A stretch of 51,461 bases of DNA from an uncultured Chitinophaga sp. GTDB lineage: Bacteria > Bacteroidota > Bacteroidia > Chitinophagales > Chitinophagaceae. Positions 29,933-39,408 of this stretch are shown here, in pieces (the first letter of the stretch is position 1; every line of letters begins with the position of its first letter). The notes beneath the pieces were generated by a model that saw only the letters and a list, made by a program, of their open reading frames with translations, had not been told where the DNA came from and did not search any database. A program made the position numbers and the translations under genes. Where the stretch lies: NCBI GenBank assembly GCA_964650455.1, contig CAZYTV010000003.1, positions 1 through 51,461 on the forward strand, in the 5' to 3' direction.

Positions 29933-30873
29933 GTAAGATTCTATGTATCGGCGAAGCCCTGATTGATATGATCTGTACCGATAAAGGCAGGACCTTGTCG
30001 GATGGAGAGAACTTCCTGAAGAAACCCGGGGGAGCACCCACCAATGTGGCAGCGGCTATTGCCGCCCTGGGCGGAAAGGTGGACCTCGCCGCTAAAGTAG
30101 GGGTGGATCCCTTTGGCCAGCACCTGGTGGATGTTATGAACGGTTTCGGTGTGGATACCACTTATATGTTGCGGGATGCGGATCATTTCACCACGTTTGC
30201 CTTTGTATCCCTGATGGAAAACGGGGAACGGGATTTTTATTTTAACCGCGGGGCAGACGGACAACTCAGCAAGGCGGATATTGAAAATATAAACCTGGAG
30301 CAAATCAGCATTGTACATTTTGGTTCGGCCACCGGTTTTCTGCCGGGCCCTCTGCAGGAAGCCTGCCTGTTTTTATTACAGCAGGCAAAGGCCCGGAACA
30401 TCTTTGTGAGTGTTGATCCGAATTACCGGCACCTCTTGTTCCGGGAGAACAGGGCTTCCTTTATTGAACAGAGCTGGCATTTCCTGGAACAATGCGATTT
30501 CTTCAAGCTAAGTGATGAGGAAGCCCTGCTCTTAACGGGAGCGGCAACATTGGAAGAAGCGGCAAAACAATTCCTGGAAAAAACCAATGCCGTATTCGCC
30601 ATTACGCTGGGGAAGGAAGGGACCCTGCTGGGACGGGATGGTCAAACCGGAATAATCGGGAGTATTGTGGTGAAACCCGTGGATACAACCGGGGCCGGAG
30701 ATGCTTTTGTGGGAGCGGTCCTTTATCAGCTTTTACAGAAAGGCACAACGGAGCACAGCCAGGAAGAATGGAATCAGATTATTTTAAATGCCAATAAAGC
30801 GGGTGCCAGAACCTGTGAATACCTGGGTGCGATGGAAGCATTCCGGCACCTCAGCAGTAATATATTTAAATAA
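29929..30873 (+). CDS. PfkB-family carbohydrate kinase, probable fructokinase
   Basis: GEALID, PGGAPTNVA, DPNYR, DTTGAGDAFVG; overlaps the porter stop codon (ATGA). Confidence 0.9.
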   Translation: MSKILCIGEALIDMICTDKGRTLSDGENFLKKPGGAPTNVAAAIAALGGKVDLAAKVGVDPFGQHLVDVMNGFGVDTTYMLRDADHFTTFAFVSLMENGERDFYFNRGADGQLSKADIENINLEQISIVHFGSATGFLPGPLQEACLFLLQQAKARNIFVSVDPNYRHLLFRENRASFIEQSWHFLEQCDFFKLSDEEALLLTGAATLEEAAKQFLEKTNAVFAITLGKEGTLLGRDGQTGIIGSIVVKPVDTTGAGDAFVGAVLYQLLQKGTTEHSQEEWNQIILNANKAGARTCEYLGAMEAFRHLSSNIFK

Positions 30874-30882
30874 CCAGCGCAC

Positions 30883-32829
30883 GTGTATAACCACCAGTTA
30901 CATCAGCAGATTAATGCTGTTTTACAAAACGAACAGATTGATATCGGGGGAAAGGACAATCATTTCTTTACCCGCTTTATCGCCAATGCCACCGCTATAG
31001 ATGCCTTGTTTCATGAAATTTACGGACGAACCGAAAACGGGGCATCGTATTTTGATCAGTTAATACACCTGCTGACCCGCGCTCATTCGCAGCGGACTGA
31101 AAAGCTCCGGGACAGGGACGCGGAGAAAGGAGCAAAAGGCCATTGGTTCCTGAGCAATGATTTAGCCGCCATGAGTTTGTACGTGGATCGTTTTGGGGGT
31201 AACCTGAAAGGCCTGGCCAATAAACTGGATTATTTCAAGGAACTCGGGGTCAATTTCCTGCACCTGATGCCGGTATTTGAAAGTCCGGAAGGTGAAAGTG
31301 ACGGGGGATATGCGGTATCTGATTTCCGTAAAGTGGATAAACGTTTTGGGAGTCTCGGCGACCTGCAGCAACTGCAGCGACGGATGCAGGATGAACAGAT
31401 GTACCTGATGCTGGATATTGTACTCAATCATACTTCCCATCATCATGAATGGGCTACGAAAGCTAAAGCCGGTGATAAAAAGTACCAGGATTATTTTTAT
31501 ATGTATCAGGACCGCAGGCTGCCTGATCAGTTTGACCGGGCCATGCCGGAAATATTTCCCGAATCTGCCCCCGGTAACTTTACCTGGATTGAGGACATGA
31601 ACAAATGGGTGATGACGGTATTTCACCGCTACCAGTGGGATCTGAATTATACCAATCCGCAGGTGTTTCTTGACATGCTGGAGAATATTTTCTTCTATGC
31701 TAACCTGGGGGTGGATATTCTGCGTATCGATGCGCCGGCCTTTATCTGGAAACAAGCGGGTACCACTTGTCAGAATCTGCCGCAGGCACATACCCTGCTA
31801 CGGCTGATCAAGCAATGTGTGGAAGTTTCTGCACCGGGTATGGCCCTGCTGGGTGAAGCAATCGTAGCACCCAAAGAGATCATGAAATATTTCGGTACCG
31901 GTTTATATACTGCCAGGGAATGTGATTTTGCCTATAATGCCACACATATGGCCCTGCAATGGGATGCCCTGGCCACTATGGATACCCGCGTAATGCTGGC
32001 GGCACAACACGAGATCCTGCAAAAACCTTATGGCAGTTCCTGGATCACGTATACCCGTTGTCATGATGATATCGGGCTGGGCTATGATGATTATATGATT
32101 CAGCATGCCGGCTTTAATCCTTTTGAACACCGGCGTTTCCTGAAGGATTATTTTTCCGGTACCCTGGAAGACTCCCCGGCCCGCGGTGCTTTATTTTCCG
32201 TGAATCCTAAAACAAACGATGCGCGGATCAGTGGTTCACTCGCTTCGCTTTGCGGACTGGAGAAAGCCATTGCGGAACAAAATGAATTTACCATACAGCA
32301 ATCGATTTCCAAAATACTCCTGATGCAGGCCCATAGTTTTTTCCTGGGGGGGCTGCCCATGATTTTTTACGGAGACGAGGCAGGGTATACTAATGATTAT
32401 TCGTACCTGCAGGAGCATGGTAAAAGTTATGACAACCGCTGGATGCACCGGCCTGTTATTGACTGGGAGAAAAATGAACGGATCCATACGGCAGGCACGA
32501 TTGAATACCAGGTTTTCCAGGCCACCAGGAAACTGATCAGTATCCGGAAAAATTTATTTGCCATAGGGGATTATAAAAACCTGACCTGGATGACCCCGCA
32601 TAATATCCATGTGGCCGGTTACCTGCGTACTTTTGAAGACCAGAAAATTTATTGCTTGTTTAATTTCAGTGATCAGCCATCTTACCTTACCTGGTTTGCT
32701 TTTAAAGAACATGGAGCTGCTCCTCAGAAGATATTTGATCACTGGGCCGAAAAGGAATATGAAGTGGGTTATGATCACCAGTACCTGGTACTGGAGCCTT
32801 ACCAGTTTATGTTATTGGAAGCAAAGTAA
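30883..32829 (+). CDS. Cytoplasmic amylosucrase/sucrose hydrolase-like GH13 (GH13_4-like)
   Basis: GTG start; SDGGYAV, QWDLN, LRIDAPAFIWK, GEAIV, RCHDDIG, DARISG, DNRWMHRP; no signal peptide. Confidence 0.88.
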   Translation: MYNHQLHQQINAVLQNEQIDIGGKDNHFFTRFIANATAIDALFHEIYGRTENGASYFDQLIHLLTRAHSQRTEKLRDRDAEKGAKGHWFLSNDLAAMSLYVDRFGGNLKGLANKLDYFKELGVNFLHLMPVFESPEGESDGGYAVSDFRKVDKRFGSLGDLQQLQRRMQDEQMYLMLDIVLNHTSHHHEWATKAKAGDKKYQDYFYMYQDRRLPDQFDRAMPEIFPESAPGNFTWIEDMNKWVMTVFHRYQWDLNYTNPQVFLDMLENIFFYANLGVDILRIDAPAFIWKQAGTTCQNLPQAHTLLRLIKQCVEVSAPGMALLGEAIVAPKEIMKYFGTGLYTARECDFAYNATHMALQWDALATMDTRVMLAAQHEILQKPYGSSWITYTRCHDDIGLGYDDYMIQHAGFNPFEHRRFLKDYFSGTLEDSPARGALFSVNPKTNDARISGSLASLCGLEKAIAEQNEFTIQQSISKILLMQAHSFFLGGLPMIFYGDEAGYTNDYSYLQEHGKSYDNRWMHRPVIDWEKNERIHTAGTIEYQVFQATRKLISIRKNLFAIGDYKNLTWMTPHNIHVAGYLRTFEDQKIYCLFNFSDQPSYLTWFAFKEHGAAPQKIFDHWAEKEYEVGYDHQYLVLEPYQFMLLEAK

Positions 32830-32835
32830 TACGGT

Positions 32836-34341
32836 TTATTGAGCAGGCCCGTATGTACTGATCAGGGCCAGCAATACACCATTGGTCCAGCCAAATCCAT
32901 CCTGGCCTTCATATTCTCCGCCCCCGGCTTCAAGATGGATGTCTGTTACATTGTATTTCTCCATCAGTTTACCGGTACGTTTAAATACATCGGTATTGAG
33001 TTGAATCCATCGCCGGGCAATTTCTTTAGCCAGGGTTGAATAACCATAATTTTCCAGCCCTTTGATGGTCATCCATTGCAGCGGGGCCCATCCATTGGGC
33101 GCATCCCATTGCTGACCGGTGGTTTCAAGCGTGGTGACAACGCCGCCGTCCTTCAGCATTTTTTCTTCGATAAGCAGGCTGATCCTTGCTGCCTTTTCAG
33201 CATCAGTGATTTTAAAATAGAGCGGACTGACACCTGCCAGGGTGATGGCAGTCTTCTGTTTGTCCTGCTGCCAGTCATAATCCATATAAAAACCAATGGC
33301 TTCATTCCAGCAGTATTTTTCAATGGCCTGTTTTCTTTTTTCTGCAGTCTGTACCCATTGAATGGATTTGACGGCTTCTCCCTTCAGTTCATACGCCAGG
33401 GCAAGGGTTTGTTCCAGGCTCAGCAATAAACAGTTCAGGTCAACGGGTATGATATCAGTGCAATGAATACTGGAGAAATCACCCGGTTGTTTAAACCAGC
33501 GGCTGCTGAAATCCCAACCGGATTCAGCACCGGCCCGTAAATGACCATAGAGCTGTTCTCCGGGTTGTTTTGTGGTGGCGGCCAGTTCAATATCCTCCCG
33601 GTAAGATTCAGGACGCGGGCTGCTTCCTTCATCTTTATACCGGTTGAGTATTTCCCCGCCCGCCAGCAATACACAATGAAAACCGGCCCTGTTTGATTCA
33701 TTCAAGTCAGCAGCCCCTTTCATCCAGAACCGGTATTCCTTTTCCAGTTGCGGCAGGTATTCCAGGTAAACAGATGCTCCTTTTTTCTCAGCCAGCAGGG
33801 CAAGCATCCGGGAATAAAAAGGAGGCTGTGACCGCCCGATAAAATAATGGCGGTTTCCATTCGGTATATAACCCAGCGTATCGATGAGATAAGAGAAATT
33901 ACGGATCATATTTTCAATCATATCATATCGTCCGGAAGCGGCAAGGCCAAGCATGGTAAAATAACTGTCCCAGTAATAGATCTCGCCAAACCGGCCACCG
34001 GGTACAATATACGGATGCGGAAGCGGGATCAGGGAATCCTGCTCTTTATCAGGTGCACGGGTCAGCACTTTCCACAATGTTTCAATATTAGCCGTGACGG
34101 GTTTCGTCTTATCACTGGTAAAATGTTCCGAATGCGGAACCGGCAAATCAAAATGAGCCAGTACAAAATTCTTCAGGTCAAAGCCTGTTTCATTTTTTTG
34201 AACTTCATAAGCAGCCAGGATGGAAGCATATTCTTTTTTTGGATGGCAGTCCACAAAGGTTTTTCCATCGGGGAATATTCTTCCCAACTGGACGGCTTCA
34301 AATAAGGGATTGCTGAAGAGGTTCACTTTTTTTTCAGTCAT
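32836..34341 (-). CDS. treF: GH37 alpha,alpha-trehalase (TreA/TreF-like, no signal peptide)
   Basis: PGGRFGEIYYWDSYF, RSQPP, PRPESY, AESGWDFSSRW, QWDAPNGWAPLQW, GEY..QDGFGWTNG. Confidence 0.93.
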   Translation of the reverse strand: MTEKKVNLFSNPLFEAVQLGRIFPDGKTFVDCHPKKEYASILAAYEVQKNETGFDLKNFVLAHFDLPVPHSEHFTSDKTKPVTANIETLWKVLTRAPDKEQDSLIPLPHPYIVPGGRFGEIYYWDSYFTMLGLAASGRYDMIENMIRNFSYLIDTLGYIPNGNRHYFIGRSQPPFYSRMLALLAEKKGASVYLEYLPQLEKEYRFWMKGAADLNESNRAGFHCVLLAGGEILNRYKDEGSSPRPESYREDIELAATTKQPGEQLYGHLRAGAESGWDFSSRWFKQPGDFSSIHCTDIIPVDLNCLLLSLEQTLALAYELKGEAVKSIQWVQTAEKRKQAIEKYCWNEAIGFYMDYDWQQDKQKTAITLAGVSPLYFKITDAEKAARISLLIEEKMLKDGGVVTTLETTGQQWDAPNGWAPLQWMTIKGLENYGYSTLAKEIARRWIQLNTDVFKRTGKLMEKYNVTDIHLEAGGGEYEGQDGFGWTNGVLLALISTYGPAQ

Positions 34342-34352
34342 ATACCAGTTGA

Positions 34353-35633
34353 TTAATGGCTGACTCCGCTTCCGGAGATTTTTACAACATCGGTCGCCGG
34401 TTGTATTTTCTTAAAGATATAGAGCAATAAGATGAGCATGCCAAGCGGTGCTAATGAAAAATAAAAGGCTGTCTGTCCTCCCCAGGCTTCAAAGATATGC
34501 CCGGTAATAATTGAACCGGTTGTGCCGCCCAATGCAGAAAAAACTACGATCAGTCCGGACATCGAGGCATGTTTATGTGCCGGCAGATTACTCAGAATAA
34601 CTGAATTGATAGCCGGGTAAACCGGGGCAAGGAACAACCCGATCAGCGGGAATGCATACGCCACCAGTGGAATATCTTTGAGCTGGCTGATTGTTCCTCC
34701 GCTGATATTACCGGTCAGGGGTACAGTTACCAATACCAGGCCGGCCGCAGCCAGCAGGCAGCCGGTCAGCACATAGATCCATTCCGTTTTTCGCAGCAGC
34801 ATACCGGCCAGGAAACGGCCAAGTGCAATTGAAGCGGACATGATGCTGGCCATTTGTATGCTCAGGCTCGTATTGAGTCCAAGCACATCTTTATTAAAGG
34901 TCGGCAACCAGCTCATGATACTCTGTTCGATCAACACATAGAAAAAAGCACAACCGATAAAGACCAATACCAATGGGAGGATAATCAGTTTCAGCATGCC
35001 GCTGAAATCATCGGATAAGGATTTCGATTCCTGTTTTTCGGCCTGCTGCACAGCGCTTTCGTCCAGCGGCGTGGTCAGTAATAATATAAAAGCGATAGCC
35101 GTAAGTCCGGCCAGCAGGTAATAAACGGAAAACCAGGACCTGGATGCCGGATGATCATTGTCCACAAAGGCACTGAAAATAAAATTACCAATGAGCACAC
35201 CCCCCATAAAAAAAGATTCCAGGAAACACATCAGGCCAAGGTGTTCTTTTTTACCGGAGGTCACCAATCCCAATGTGGCAAACACACTCACTTTGATCAG
35301 GGCAAAGCTGAGGCCGGTCACTGCAAACAGCAGTTTGGTCATCCAGAAACTGTTCAGGGAAGGCATGGCCAGGCAGATCAATGTTACCAGGGCCAGTGCG
35401 GCGAGCATGGTTTTTTTGTAACCGATTCTCACTACATAGGAGGCGATCAGAAAGGAGGTGAAGGCAATGCTGAGATCTTTAAAAGCTTCCAGCACACTGG
35501 CAGCTCCTTTTGTCACCCCAAAATTATTCTGTACCTGCAGGATAACCGTACCCACACTGTTGAGTAAAATGGCAAATACAAAATAATTCAGGAACAGGGA
35601 GAGCTTGATCTTGGTGGTATTCATTGCAATCAT
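34353..35633 (-). CDS. MFS sugar transporter (FucP/GluP-like) co-oriented with trehalase
   Basis: About 12 hydrophobic segments; LLNSVG.VILQ, LEAFKDL, EQSIMSWLPTFN, FSALGGTTGS. Alternative start 35624. Confidence 0.88.
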   Translation of the reverse strand: MIAMNTTKIKLSLFLNYFVFAILLNSVGTVILQVQNNFGVTKGAASVLEAFKDLSIAFTSFLIASYVVRIGYKKTMLAALALVTLICLAMPSLNSFWMTKLLFAVTGLSFALIKVSVFATLGLVTSGKKEHLGLMCFLESFFMGGVLIGNFIFSAFVDNDHPASRSWFSVYYLLAGLTAIAFILLLTTPLDESAVQQAEKQESKSLSDDFSGMLKLIILPLVLVFIGCAFFYVLIEQSIMSWLPTFNKDVLGLNTSLSIQMASIMSASIALGRFLAGMLLRKTEWIYVLTGCLLAAAGLVLVTVPLTGNISGGTISQLKDIPLVAYAFPLIGLFLAPVYPAINSVILSNLPAHKHASMSGLIVVFSALGGTTGSIITGHIFEAWGGQTAFYFSLAPLGMLILLLYIFKKIQPATDVVKISGSGVSH

Positions 35634-35727
35634 TTATAGTGGACTGCCGGCCGGGCAGGCAGGTCTTTGTTTCTGTTATTTTTAAAAATAACCCATCATT
35701 CCCGTGCGGGCAAATACCAGCCGGACC

Positions 35728-35741
35728 TATAACGTTTGCGT
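35728..35741. promoter_or_regulatory. LacI-type operator upstream of MFS-trehalase
   Basis: tatAACGTTTGCGt (minus strand aCGCAAACGTTata), sharing the CGCAAAC half-site of 9082-9097. Confidence 0.6.
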
Positions 35742-35757
35742 GGATAAATAATCAGGA

Positions 35758-36750
35758 TCAGATGGATCCGCCTTCGATCAGTTCAGCCTCGAGGTAGCTG
35801 AATTCAGGAAATGGTTCCTGCCGGATCGCCGCCATCATTTGTGAAAAAGCCAGCTTGCCCAGTTTCCCGCCATTGGTTTCCACATACGTGATCTTGGGAT
35901 CATACATCGTGGGAAAAAGGCCGTTACTGATACTGATCACCGAAATTTCTTCGGGTACTTTCAGCCGCATTTCATGAATGGCCTGCATCACACCCACCAG
36001 GATCATATCACCCATGCAAAAGACCACATCCGGCCGGTCTTTACTTTGCAGGGCTGCCAGGCATACTTCCCTGGATTTATCAATACCTTCCGGGTAATCA
36101 ATGGAAAACTGTGGAACCGGGTCTGCCTTTTCCAGGGTTTCCCGGAATGAAGCGGCCCTCATCCTGGTGATACTTAAATGCGGATGACCAAAAAGCCCCA
36201 ATACCTTTTTCTTTTTTTTCAATAATATGGTTTCAGCCGCCATCCTCGCTGCTTTGGCATCGGATAAACAGACTTTATGATAATCCGGCAATTCAGGCAC
36301 ACGATCAAAAAATACCACCGGAATCTTCAGGTCCCGCAGTTTTTGAAAGGAAGACATGTCTTCGGTTTCAATGGAGACCGAGGCAAAAACTCCCGATACC
36401 ATATTTTTCCGGAAGAGGTGCAGGTTGGCATTTTCAATTTCAAGATGATCTCTTGACTGCATAATCAGTACAGAATAACCCTGTTCACGGGCCAGCTCTT
36501 CAACAGAGGCAATAAAGGAATCGTAAAAGAAGTTATCGATCGAAGGAACCAGTATCCCTAGTATATTACTCTGGCGGGTTCTTAACTGTACGGCATTGTG
36601 ATTGGGCTCATATTCCAGTGCTAAGGCCAGTTCCCGTACCCGGGTCTTGGTTGTCTCTGAAATATCAGGGTGATCTTTCAGGGCCCTGGATACAGTAGAG
36701 ATACTGATACCCAGCACTTCTGATAGTTTTTTCAGCGTGCTTTGCTGCAT
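35758..36750 (-). CDS. LacI-family transcriptional regulator (LacI-2), paralog of LacI-1
   Basis: TLKKLSEVLGISISTVSRALKDHPDISE..K..YEPN..A..LR. Confidence 0.93.
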   Translation of the reverse strand: MQQSTLKKLSEVLGISISTVSRALKDHPDISETTKTRVRELALALEYEPNHNAVQLRTRQSNILGILVPSIDNFFYDSFIASVEELAREQGYSVLIMQSRDHLEIENANLHLFRKNMVSGVFASVSIETEDMSSFQKLRDLKIPVVFFDRVPELPDYHKVCLSDAKAARMAAETILLKKKKKVLGLFGHPHLSITRMRAASFRETLEKADPVPQFSIDYPEGIDKSREVCLAALQSKDRPDVVFCMGDMILVGVMQAIHEMRLKVPEEISVISISNGLFPTMYDPKITYVETNGGKLGKLAFSQMMAAIRQEPFPEFSYLEAELIEGGSI

Positions 36751-36811
36751 GAATAATAGTTAAGCAATCGGAAGTAAACAAATGTTAGCAACTAAAGATA
36801 GTTTTTATTTA

Positions 36812-36852
36812 AACAATAAGAGGCGTTGTAATTCTTTACAACGCCCCTTATT
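36812..36852 (-). terminator. Intrinsic terminator ending the haloperoxidase cassette
   Basis: 17-bp stem aataagaggcgttgtaa-ttct-ttacaacgccccttatt with one mismatch that is a G-U pair on the minus strand; 25 bp past the 36878 stop. Confidence 0.8.
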
Positions 36853-36877
36853 TGCCTATGTCAGGCTATAAAAAAAC

Positions 36878-38431
36878 TCATTCTGCTCCATCGGTTCTTG
36901 CCCTGGCGATGGCAAAGTCACCTACTTTATTTCCCGTTTCCAGACCTTTTTCACAATCACTGCGGTAATGGATAGCACCATACACCCTGGATATGGAAGC
37001 TTCTTTGGCCATGTCTGTATAGGCAGCAGCACGTCCAGGAATTACATGTCCGAGTATCGTTGCGGCGGCAGCACTGAAAGTGGAGTGACCGGAAATATAG
37101 GAGGGGAAATTGGGTAAACCGGTCAGTGTCTTTATCTGTGGATTTACCTGTGATGGCCGGGGATTAAAGTAGGTGTACTTGGCATCCCAGCAGGCGATCG
37201 CTGCATCCATCATGGCCATATTTAAAAGAGCCATATTCCTGGCCCAACGCACTTCACTGAAGTTCTGCTGGATAAAATCATCTGCTGCAATGGCATTCCA
37301 GTGCCCGGGTGGGGTATAAGTGGCCACTCCGTCTGCCCAGAAATGCACAATGCGTATCTGTTCACGGGTGGCATTTTTACTATACTGCAGCACTTCGTCT
37401 GTTTCCTGTTTAAACTGCGCAGATGAAGTGGAAGGTGGCGGGCCCGGTCTTACCTGGGTAACCATCGTTAATGAATCAAACAAAAAGCTCCGCACTTTTC
37501 CGAATGCAGGAAGCATCGGGGGCCTTTTCGGAGATTCTAGGCTGATCCAGGGTGTTTCACCCCGGGCAATCGTTTCATTTTCCATTTGCGTCCACAAAGC
37601 CTGGTTGCCCGCTGCCGCCCCGGCCCTGTCGCCCCGGGCGCGGGTTACAAATTTCTGTGCAACAGACTTCCCCAAAGATTCTCCTGCTTCAAGGTCACTC
37701 CGTACATTGGCTCCGGCAATCAGTCTTGCTTTTTTATGTGCTTCTGCTTTTTGCTGTATAAAATCCTGATCACCGGGGAAAAGCAGTTTCAGTAATTCCA
37801 CGGAAACACCGATTACCACCGCATCTTCTGAAGGATAGGAAGGCAAGGTGGATTTGGGAATCAGCGATTGGATACTGGCATCCACCGTATAGGGAGCTGC
37901 CCGGTTGTAGAGATTTTTATAATGCCAGGCCGCCACCAGTGCATCATACTGCGCGGCTGCTATATAAGCGTATGCACGGGCAGCATAAGGAGGATTGGCA
38001 AACGGAAATTGCGGATAGGCAAGAGGGTTAGAGGCACTGGGCAACGGATAAGTGCCGTCTGCATTCTGATAAGGAGGAAGATTATGTTTCGCCACCAGTT
38101 CACGCATGATCTCATTCCAGCGCAGCACCGCACCAGCACTCCAGTACTTCACCAGCTCTTTTTCATTGGTGGTCAGGTCGGCCTGCCAGGTTTTGATTTC
38201 GTTGAGCTGGGCGATGTATTCGGGCGTGGTGGTGGCAATAGGAGCCGCAACCGGAAATTCAGTGGGCCCTGTTAGTAATACCGGTCTCCAGTTACCCGCA
38301 TTGGCATCAGTATTTGATGGCTGAAGAGCCTGGGTATGATCCGTTCTGCCTTCCACTTCTTTGTTGCACCCGGAAAGCAGCAGGCCGCTGAGGCCTGACG
38401 AAATGATAAGGAGGTAAATTATTTTTTTCAT
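36878..38431 (-). CDS. Vanadium-haloperoxidase/PAP2-family lipoprotein with tandem domains (N-terminal copy degenerate)
   Basis: Lipobox LSGC; C-terminal KYTYFNPRP, PSYISGH, SRVYGAIHYRSD intact; N-terminal KNLYNRAAP, PSYPSED, ARLIAGANVRSD degenerate. Start placed at ATG 38431. Confidence 0.85.
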   Translation of the reverse strand: MKKIIYLLIISSGLSGLLLSGCNKEVEGRTDHTQALQPSNTDANAGNWRPVLLTGPTEFPVAAPIATTTPEYIAQLNEIKTWQADLTTNEKELVKYWSAGAVLRWNEIMRELVAKHNLPPYQNADGTYPLPSASNPLAYPQFPFANPPYAARAYAYIAAAQYDALVAAWHYKNLYNRAAPYTVDASIQSLIPKSTLPSYPSEDAVVIGVSVELLKLLFPGDQDFIQQKAEAHKKARLIAGANVRSDLEAGESLGKSVAQKFVTRARGDRAGAAAGNQALWTQMENETIARGETPWISLESPKRPPMLPAFGKVRSFLFDSLTMVTQVRPGPPPSTSSAQFKQETDEVLQYSKNATREQIRIVHFWADGVATYTPPGHWNAIAADDFIQQNFSEVRWARNMALLNMAMMDAAIACWDAKYTYFNPRPSQVNPQIKTLTGLPNFPSYISGHSTFSAAAATILGHVIPGRAAAYTDMAKEASISRVYGAIHYRSDCEKGLETGNKVGDFAIARARTDGAE

Positions 38432-38432
38432 G

Positions 38433-39380
38433 TCAGTTCTTTTTTGAGGATTGATCACCCGATGATTTTTTGCTGTTCAGATCAAGTACATAGAAAAAGG
38501 ATCCATAAACGGTACTGGTCTGACCCATATTTCTGCCCGCCAGCGTCAGGTTTCCCCCGGTTACAACAGACAACTGGGGAACAGATGGAATCACATACTT
38601 GATATTAATACCGGCGGTGGTGACATTCATCCGATTGCTGGGGAAAGGCATATTGTTCCGGGTGATATCAAATCCACCCAGAGTGGTCCAGTTGTTAACC
38701 ACCGCTTCCGCGATCAGCCGGAATGAACGGTATCCTGCCCGGAAATTAAAATTCATGGCATCGGGCATGGCTACTTTATCGGTCAGGTGAAGCTGTGTGG
38801 TATAATAGGAATTGCGGTCAATTTCAATATTACTGCGTAAAACATAGGTGGCAGAACCCGTCACAAAGAGTTTCCCCAACAGGTAATCGCCCATAACCCT
38901 GGCAGATACTGTTTTACTTTTCAGGCCAATGGACAAGGGAAGGTAATCGGGTGTATAATTACTGGTGGGAACAGAAAGACCGGCAATACCAAAAACAGAC
39001 AAAATGCCGTTACCCCGTTTTTTATGGTAAGCCCTCCATTTGGCAAACAGGCTGAGATCCTGCAGACCCTGCATGCCTTTCATGGTTCCGGCGGACGCCT
39101 TTGTTTTCATATAGGGCAGACTGAAAAGCAGGTTCAGTTTACGGCTGGCCCCGTAATTGCCCATCACACTGTAAACACTGCCGGATACAGTTCCGAGATT
39201 CAGGTTATTCCGTTTCAGGGTGCCTTCCCAGTAGTTTTTCCAGCTGCTGTAGCTGTACATGGGTCCCACACAAAAGGCATTTTTCTCCATCATGATGGCA
39301 TCAATATCGGTCTGGCCATACACTTTTCCACCGGCCAGTACCATGCAGGTAATGCCCAATGAAATAATCAGGTATTTCAT
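38433..39380 (-). CDS. Exported protein, probable outer-membrane beta-barrel (MetA-pathway/'transporter'-like)
   Basis: Signal peptide, alternating amphipathic strands, LPYM...GLQDLSLFAKW motif; lies between two VHPO genes. Confidence 0.6.
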   Translation of the reverse strand: MKYLIISLGITCMVLAGGKVYGQTDIDAIMMEKNAFCVGPMYSYSSWKNYWEGTLKRNNLNLGTVSGSVYSVMGNYGASRKLNLLFSLPYMKTKASAGTMKGMQGLQDLSLFAKWRAYHKKRGNGILSVFGIAGLSVPTSNYTPDYLPLSIGLKSKTVSARVMGDYLLGKLFVTGSATYVLRSNIEIDRNSYYTTQLHLTDKVAMPDAMNFNFRAGYRSFRLIAEAVVNNWTTLGGFDITRNNMPFPSNRMNVTTAGINIKYVIPSVPQLSVVTGGNLTLAGRNMGQTSTVYGSFFYVLDLNSKKSSGDQSSKKN

Positions 39381-39408
39381 GTTAAAATCGTTGGTTTTTG
39401 TTTCGCAA

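Noticed and set aside
35644-35692. GC-rich ctgccggccgggcaggcagg and the 18-bp AT palindrome gttatttttaaaaataac upstream of the MFS gene
   Set aside because: Each occurs once in the window. The first only loosely resembles REP-like repeats, and the second is low-complexity and probably part of the promoter.
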